A program made the position numbers and the translations under genes. Below, piece by piece: positions 33,627-39,588 of a stretch of 39,588 bases of DNA. Source of the DNA: a virus (lineage: Duplodnaviria; Caudoviricetes); the IMG/VR virus record IMGVR_UViG_3300037755_000237, positions 1-39,588 of that record. One strand, 5' to 3'. The notes beneath the pieces are model-generated. The model made no database searches and was not told where the DNA came from. It saw only the letters and a program-made list of their open reading frames with translations. Position 1 is the first letter of the stretch. Each line of letters starts with the position of its first letter.

Positions 33627-35531
33627 ATGGCGGTTGAGATTGGCTATACCTATGGCAATGTCGGCGACAGGAAGTCCGGCAAGTCTCGCTATGGGGCAGT
33701 TGCTCCTAAAACCCGCTCTCTTCTGGATAGGGCAACGGAATTAGCCAATCAGTCTCTACTTTCCGGCAAGCGAATTGGCCGTATTGAGGTCTTTTCAGGT
33801 GGCCAGCCAGCTGGTCAGAAAGTCCTGGGAACCAAGGTCAGGAAGGCGATTGTTCCGGGGGTTGGCGGTGGATTTGGCAGTCCGCGCCATGATTTCGGAG
33901 GGGCCGCCGATGTCCACGTTTACGATCAGAACGGCAATCGGGTCGATTATTCGACCACTGCCGGCAAGAACATTTTCAATGCCTTAGCCCGTTCGGCCGC
34001 TCAGGTCGGGGCAACCGGGATCGGCTTCGGCACCGGCTATATGGGCAATGCGACGATCCATATCGGGTTCGGTGGACAGGCGACCTGGGGCGGAATGCCC
34101 TCCGATATGAAAAGGGCGGTTCAATTTGGTTGGGATAATCGGCTTCCCGACGCGATCTCATGGAATCCACGGGACGAAGCGGCAGCGCAGATTAGCCGTC
34201 TTGGCTATGTCGACGCCCAAGGCAAGCCGGATGTAGCGGCGTTCCAAAGGGCGGTCGGCGCTCCGGTCGATGGCGTTCTTGGTCCCGTGACCATGACGCA
34301 CGCATGGACCGCCAGTGTAGATGCTACCGGCAAGCAGGTTGTTTCGCTTGCCAAGGCGATTTCACCGGGAACCAACGATCCACTGCCGTCCTATGCCGAT
34401 GCCAAGACGGCGCGAGAAGCCGCATTGGCCGGGACTATAGTGGGTAATAACCCATCCGTTAACATCGCTGTTTCTGAACTGACGGGCCAACCCCGCACGT
34501 CATCCCTGTTCGGCGGGAATCCGTTCGATATAGCCAAGGCACCATCGCCGGGACTTATCGGGAGGCGGCCCGATTTCGATTCCGTAGTTGGTCCGGCCAA
34601 TGCGCCCGTGCAGATGGCGGAAGCCCTGCGTCGTCCGGCAGTCGATACAACCGGCATTAATCTCTATCGCCCGAATACTTCTCCGCGTCCGGTAGCAGCG
34701 CAGCCAATGGCGGCTTCCTCCCCGTCACGCGCTCCCGGCGCGGTACTACAAAGGGCGGTTGCCGATGCTGCCGCCAGACGGGCTTCAAGTCCGGCGCGCG
34801 GCGCACAAGCAGCGTCCGGCTTGCAGAGTTACGCACCAAAGGCGGCGCTGAAAACAGCAACACTGGCAGCGGCGGCCAGACATGCCGCAAGCCCATCTAG
34901 AGGCGCACAGGCGGCCTCTGGCCTACAAGGATTCAAAACAGCACCCACGGCGACAGTCACGCCGCGCCCACAGGCACCGTCGGCACAATATAAGCCCAGC
35001 CCCGCACAGGCCGCGCGAGCCGCTTCAAGCCTCGGTGTCACGCCAAGCCCGGCGATGGGCGCACGGGGCGCGTCCGAACTGCAAGGTTACACGCCGTCAA
35101 TCGGTTCAGTATCGCTCGATGATTCGGTTCTTGCGGCCTCAATGACGCCGACCAATGTGCCCTTGACCGGGACCGTTCCCGCCGTCGCGCCAATGCCGGT
35201 GCCGGCACAAATGCCGCAAGTCCTGCCGCCGCTGCCTCCGGCGCTCACGGTGACAAAGCCGACCGTGTTCAATCCATATGCGGCTCCGGTTCCGATGGGC
35301 GGCGTTCACGCCCTCGCCCAGAGACAGAATTTGTCTAACATCAAGACCGGCACGGCTCCGGTGTCCGGCATCAACTACGCCACCGGCACGACCAAGGGCG
35401 GCGACAATGTGCTGACCTACACGAACTCCAAGGGCAAGACGATCACGACGCCTGCTTCCGGCGGTTCAAGGCGCGGCCATCTGAAAAAGATAACACGAAT
35501 TTCACGCTCCACGGGCGGTACGGTTTTCTAG
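33627..35531 (+). CDS. Virion-associated peptidoglycan hydrolase-like protein (M15-like Zn peptidase, PG-binding, Ala/Pro/Ser-rich tail)
   Basis: GSPRHDFGGAADV...IHIG; VAAFQRAVGAPVDGVLGPVT. Confidence 0.65.
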   Translation: MAVEIGYTYGNVGDRKSGKSRYGAVAPKTRSLLDRATELANQSLLSGKRIGRIEVFSGGQPAGQKVLGTKVRKAIVPGVGGGFGSPRHDFGGAADVHVYDQNGNRVDYSTTAGKNIFNALARSAAQVGATGIGFGTGYMGNATIHIGFGGQATWGGMPSDMKRAVQFGWDNRLPDAISWNPRDEAAAQISRLGYVDAQGKPDVAAFQRAVGAPVDGVLGPVTMTHAWTASVDATGKQVVSLAKAISPGTNDPLPSYADAKTAREAALAGTIVGNNPSVNIAVSELTGQPRTSSLFGGNPFDIAKAPSPGLIGRRPDFDSVVGPANAPVQMAEALRRPAVDTTGINLYRPNTSPRPVAAQPMAASSPSRAPGAVLQRAVADAAARRASSPARGAQAASGLQSYAPKAALKTATLAAAARHAASPSRGAQAASGLQGFKTAPTATVTPRPQAPSAQYKPSPAQAARAASSLGVTPSPAMGARGASELQGYTPSIGSVSLDDSVLAASMTPTNVPLTGTVPAVAPMPVPAQMPQVLPPLPPALTVTKPTVFNPYAAPVPMGGVHALAQRQNLSNIKTGTAPVSGINYATGTTKGGDNVLTYTNSKGKTITTPASGGSRRGHLKKITRISRSTGGTVF

Positions 35532-35543
35532 GAATCAGCGAAC

Positions 35544-36731
35544 ATGGCACTCAACCCCTATCGCCCACAGCAGCCGGTCAATGCCTTTGCCGTTGCCCCG
35601 CAGGGACAGCCCAAAAAGGCCCTGCCGCTGTTCAATCAGAATCCGCCCAAGTCGGACGCGCTCGCCAATGCATTGATGCAATCGGCCTATGCCAGCCAGC
35701 CCCAGTCGCCCTTCGATGCGGTTGGCAAGCTCGCCATGCTTTGGTCAGGCAAGCGTCAGAAAGATCGTTACCTCGAAGGCCAGGAGGCCAAGGAACGCGC
35801 CCCGTTCGATGCATTGAGGGAAGCGCTACAAGGCGGCGGTGACATTGAGGCGGCCCTTCTCGCCAGCGAAGACCCGAGCCTGTTCACGATGGGGCTGGAG
35901 AAGAGAATGACGCCGGCTGAGCGTTGGGAGGATACCGACATCAACGGAATGCCGGGGCAGCGCAATTCCGTCAGCGGAAAGTTTGATCCGTTCCCCGTCG
36001 TAAAACCTGACGTGTTGTCGCCAGAGGCAGAGGCACAGAAACTCCGTCTTGCCAGAGCCGGCAGCACAAACGTCAATGTCGGGGCTGGCGAGAAGGCATG
36101 GGACACGGAAAGCGCCAAACTATTTGCTAAGCGGTATGACGATATCGCGACACAGGCACAGTCGGCCAATGAAATGCTGGGTCTTTACGACGTGGCGTCG
36201 ATGGCCCTCAATTCCGGCCTCCGCACTGGTACGCTCGGCAGCGAAGAACAAGCGATCCGCCGCCTTGGTCAGATAATCGGAGTCGGTGATGCGGACACGG
36301 TGGCAGCTGGTGAACTCCTCACCTCCATCCAGAATCGCATGGCGCTGATGATGCGTTCGCCGGATTCCGGTATGGGTATGCCCGGTGCGGTTTCGGATCG
36401 CGACCTCATCTTTCTCAAGGACGCCCAAATTGGCCTAGACCGTTCGGAAGAAGGCAACCGCCTTATGCTCGATGCGTTCCGTCGCCTTGAGCAACGCAAG
36501 ATTGAAATTGCCCAGCTTGCCGATGAATATGTTCGAAACAACCATCAGCTTGATTCAGGGTTTTATGCCGAAGTGCGGCAATATGCCGAAGCCAATCCGC
36601 TGTTTGATGATGTCGCGGCGTCAGGCGGTGCCAACGGTGCTAGTGGCGCTCTAACGCCGGAACAGGAAGCTCAGGCGCAGGCCGCTGGTTATGTGCGCGG
36701 CCCGGACGGACTTTGGAGAAGGGCGCAATAG
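35544..36731 (+). CDS. Putative internal/ejection protein
   Basis: Helical; GAVSDRDLIFL motif; position. Confidence 0.65.
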   Translation: MALNPYRPQQPVNAFAVAPQGQPKKALPLFNQNPPKSDALANALMQSAYASQPQSPFDAVGKLAMLWSGKRQKDRYLEGQEAKERAPFDALREALQGGGDIEAALLASEDPSLFTMGLEKRMTPAERWEDTDINGMPGQRNSVSGKFDPFPVVKPDVLSPEAEAQKLRLARAGSTNVNVGAGEKAWDTESAKLFAKRYDDIATQAQSANEMLGLYDVASMALNSGLRTGTLGSEEQAIRRLGQIIGVGDADTVAAGELLTSIQNRMALMMRSPDSGMGMPGAVSDRDLIFLKDAQIGLDRSEEGNRLMLDAFRRLEQRKIEIAQLADEYVRNNHQLDSGFYAEVRQYAEANPLFDDVAASGGANGASGALTPEQEAQAQAAGYVRGPDGLWRRAQ

Positions 36732-38291
36732 ATGGCCGAAACGCTGACTGACGCCCAACTCAAGCAGGCGCTTGCCGGTGGCGTCGGTGTTCAGCCGCGC
36801 GGCCCGCTGACATGGGGCCAAGTTCCAGGTGAAGCACTCAGGAATACTCCGCAGAGCGCGGCGAATTTCGCCACCAACATGGCCCATCCGTTTCTTCATC
36901 CGATAGAAACAGCGGAAACCTTTTACGATCTCGGTCGGGGGTTGCTCGCCAAGGCGGGAATGCTCGATGCTCCGGACGCCGAAGAAAAGGTCAATGCGGT
37001 CGGTCAGTTCTTTGCCGAACGCTACGGCAGCATGGAGGGCCTGAAACAAACCCTAGCCACTGATCCTGTCGGGGTTCTGGCCGACGCCTCGGTCGTTCTC
37101 GGCGGCACTGGTCTTGCTGTGAGAGGGCCGGGCCTTGTTGGCAAGGCTGGCGAGGTCATGCGGTCTGCCGGTGCTGCCGTTGATCCGGTCAAGGCGGTCG
37201 GCAAGGTAGCGTCAACGGTTGGCGGAAAAGTTATCGCTCCCATTCTGGGGACGACCACGGGAGTCGGTGCAAGGCCCATTCAAGAGGCTGGGAAGGCCGG
37301 ATTGACTGGCAATCGGAAATTCGTCGAACACATGCGCGGGAAGGGCGATATCAACGAACCAATCGATCTTGCCAAGCGTGGGGTGAGCGAACTGCGTCAG
37401 CGCCGGAGCGATGCTTACAAATCAGGTCAGGCCGGATACATCAATGATCCGACCCATCTCAACGCAGAACCGATTGGTAAGGCGCTTCATGATGCAGCCA
37501 AGAAGATTTCCCCACACGGCGTACCTAAGAGCGACGCGGCGGCAAAGACGCTTCAGCAGATTTCCGACAAACTCGACGAGTACCTGCATCTTCCGCCGAC
37601 CGTAGATGTTCTTGACGATATCAAGCAGGCGATTGGTGAAATCCGCCAGAAAACCGAATTTGGAACGTTGGAACGTGTCGTTGCGGACGACATCTACAAC
37701 GCCACGAAAGACGTTATCGTCAAGCAGGCTCCGCAATATGCCGACACGATGAAAGTCTATAGCGAGGCGTCGGATAATCTCACCAACATGACAAAGACGC
37801 TTTCTCTCGGAGAGAAGGCGACCAAGGACACCGCGCTTCGTAAACTTCAGTCGACGATGCGCGATAACGTCAACACCAATTATGGTCAGCGCACGAAACT
37901 TGCCGATGAACTGGCGGCGCTCGAACCGGATTTGATGCCGGCGCTGGCTGGACAATCCCTTAGTTCGGTCGCACCGCGTGGCATCCAACGGGCGCTTGCC
38001 GGGGCAGGCGTGGTTGGCGGTGGCGGCGCGGCGGCCGCCGGAATGCTCAACCCGTGGGCGCTGGCGGCAATACCCCTTGCCTCGCCACGCGTGGTCGGTG
38101 AGGCGGCTTATCTGACAGGCGCGGCCGGACGGAAAATTGGCAATGCTGTTTCCAAGGGCTCAGGCCCGGCGCAACAGCTCGGTCGACTTGCCATCAATGA
38201 CGTACCGGCATTGGGGGCAAGTCTTGAATCGCCCCCTGAAAGCCTGTCCGATAGGGACATGCGCGAACTGCTCAAGGAACTGTCGCGCTAA
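36732..38291 (+). CDS. Putative internal/ejection (DNA transfer) protein
   Basis: Gly/Ala-rich; DPVGVLAD; SPRVVGEAAY. Confidence 0.65.
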   Translation: MAETLTDAQLKQALAGGVGVQPRGPLTWGQVPGEALRNTPQSAANFATNMAHPFLHPIETAETFYDLGRGLLAKAGMLDAPDAEEKVNAVGQFFAERYGSMEGLKQTLATDPVGVLADASVVLGGTGLAVRGPGLVGKAGEVMRSAGAAVDPVKAVGKVASTVGGKVIAPILGTTTGVGARPIQEAGKAGLTGNRKFVEHMRGKGDINEPIDLAKRGVSELRQRRSDAYKSGQAGYINDPTHLNAEPIGKALHDAAKKISPHGVPKSDAAAKTLQQISDKLDEYLHLPPTVDVLDDIKQAIGEIRQKTEFGTLERVVADDIYNATKDVIVKQAPQYADTMKVYSEASDNLTNMTKTLSLGEKATKDTALRKLQSTMRDNVNTNYGQRTKLADELAALEPDLMPALAGQSLSSVAPRGIQRALAGAGVVGGGGAAAAGMLNPWALAAIPLASPRVVGEAAYLTGAAGRKIGNAVSKGSGPAQQLGRLAINDVPALGASLESPPESLSDRDMRELLKELSR

Positions 38292-38317
38292 TAAAAGTTA
38301 AAATTAACAATCCAGCC

Positions 38318-38346
38318 AAGGCGGTCCAGACGGGCCGCCTTTTCTG
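38318..38346 (+). terminator. Rho-independent terminator
   Basis: AAGGCGGTCC-AGAC-GGGCCGCCTT-TTCT. Confidence 0.75.
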
Positions 38347-38362
38347 TTTCTGGAGCCGTCGA

Positions 38363-39502
38363 ATGCCTTTCACTGGAACAGCACCCAATAAGACGTTCAG
38401 TCGCGATACCGGCCAATTTTCCGGCTCGACCGCATGGGCACAGACCGACGCGGCTGGGCGGGGAATTGAATCTTCGGATCACGATACCCATGACCAGGAT
38501 CAGGCGGCGGCAATCAACACGTCTCTCCAGAAGGACGGGTCCAACAAGCCAACGGCCGACATCGACTGGGGCGGACAGAAAATCACCAACCTTGGCGATC
38601 CGACATCGGCTCAGGACGCCGCGACCAAAGCCTATACGGATTCGGTTGCGGTTGGCTTTACCAATATCGAGGTCAGGGCGGCGAGCACTGCCAACGTTAC
38701 ACTTGCAAGTGCTGTCGATGATGGATCGTCGTTTGACGATCTGACGCTTGCGACTGGAGATCGGATTCTCCTCAAGGATCAGTCGGACGCCAGCGAGAAT
38801 GGTTTGTGGATCGTCGCCGCCTCTGGCGCGCCATCCCGGCCGACTGACGGCGATGCCTATGACGAATATGTAGGTATGATCGTCAACATTTCGGTTGGCA
38901 CTGCGAATGCTAATACGGCTTGGCGCTGCACCAACAATGCCGGCGGCACGCTGGAAACCGACGATCTTGATTTTGCGCCGTTCGGGTCAGCTATTTCGCT
39001 GCCGCTTTCTGTTGGAAACGGCGGCGGTGGCGGCAACACGGCAGCAGATAGTTTCAACAATCTCAAACAAGCAGCAACGAGCGGCGCGTCCGGCGTTGTG
39101 GAGCTTTCGACGAATGCCGAGGCGATTGCCGGCACCGATACGTCACGTGCTATAACGCCGGCCAATGCGTCCGCCGTGGCACAAACGGTTGTTGCCCTTT
39201 CGGATGGTGCAACACCGGCTCTCGACGCTTCTCTCGGTAATGTCTTTTCCCTGACGGCGGCCGGCAATCGGACAATTGGAATTCCGACCAATCCTGTCGC
39301 CGGTAAGAAGATCGTCATTATGCACCTTGCATCCGGTGGAGCCAGAACCCTGTCGCTTAATTCCGGTACAGGCGGGTTTCGTTTCGGCGAGGATATCGCG
39401 TCTCTCAGTTCAACCACCAGCGGCAAGACCGACTATATCGGCGCGATCTACAATGCGACCGCCAACAAGTGGGATGTCGTCGCCGTGTCGAAGGGTTACT
39501 GA
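38363..39502 (+). CDS. Tail fibre/spike protein
   Basis: KITNLGDPTSAQDAATKAY; GDRILLKDQ...ENGLW; AITPA. Confidence 0.8.
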   Translation: MPFTGTAPNKTFSRDTGQFSGSTAWAQTDAAGRGIESSDHDTHDQDQAAAINTSLQKDGSNKPTADIDWGGQKITNLGDPTSAQDAATKAYTDSVAVGFTNIEVRAASTANVTLASAVDDGSSFDDLTLATGDRILLKDQSDASENGLWIVAASGAPSRPTDGDAYDEYVGMIVNISVGTANANTAWRCTNNAGGTLETDDLDFAPFGSAISLPLSVGNGGGGGNTAADSFNNLKQAATSGASGVVELSTNAEAIAGTDTSRAITPANASAVAQTVVALSDGATPALDASLGNVFSLTAAGNRTIGIPTNPVAGKKIVIMHLASGGARTLSLNSGTGGFRFGEDIASLSSTTSGKTDYIGAIYNATANKWDVVAVSKGY

Positions 39503-39504
39503 GC

Positions 39505-39588
39505 GTGATCGGTCATTTGGACTTCTCACGTCAGGCTCCGGCCATCCTGGTTCCGGAGCCGGCGCGATGGCTGCGCGAGGCTGGAATC
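39505..39588 (+). CDS. Partial ORF at window end
   Basis: GTG 2 nt after the fibre stop; open to the end of the window. Confidence 0.35.
   Translation, partial: MIGHLDFSRQAPAILVPEPARWLREAGI

Larger units (their letters stand above)
1..39588. mobile_element. Temperate tailed phage/prophage, podovirus-like, partial genome
   Basis: Colinear immunity, replication, terminase, portal, scaffold, capsid, adaptor, ejection and fibre modules; no host housekeeping genes seen. Confidence 0.95.

Noticed and set aside
15548-39426. Many opposite-strand and alternate-frame ORFs over structural genes
   Set aside because: Typical shadow ORFs of GC-rich coding DNA, without RBS, promoter or motifs
38363-39588. 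Diversity-generating retroelement targeting the tail fibre
   Set aside because: No reverse transcriptase or template/variable repeat pair in the window; cannot exclude one beyond the edge

Overview
The whole window reads as most of a temperate tailed phage or prophage genome, probably from an alphaproteobacterial host (inferred from gene content and promoter style). It looks short-tailed (podovirus-like): there are adaptor/nozzle and ejection-type genes but no tape measure or tail tube. Gene order is: leftward early genes, a cI/cro switch with 19-bp operators, rightward early genes (MT-A70 adenine methyltransferase, PD-(D/E)XK nuclease, VRR-NUC, DnaA-C-domain protein, replication initiator), a putative late regulator and a structured late leader, then terS/terL, accessory cassettes, portal, a fibre-like block, scaffold, major capsid, a modification-enzyme cluster, adaptor/nozzle, ejection proteins and tail fibre. 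No integrase or lysis cassette is visible; both may lie outside the window. Main observations: (1) the major capsid gene is split by an 888-nt group I intron (22580-23467) that carries a zinc-finger HNH endonuclease on the opposite strand inside the P1 loop; (2) a Maf/DUF115-methyltransferase fusion and a sulfotransferase sit directly behind the capsid genes, suggesting virion glyco-modification; (3) an overprinted twin-arginine-signal ORF lies inside terL; (4) several single-gene cassettes are bounded by exact 15-17-nt direct repeats at gene junctions; (5) several regulatory and antisense genes look leaderless. All calls were made by eye from motifs; no database search was run.
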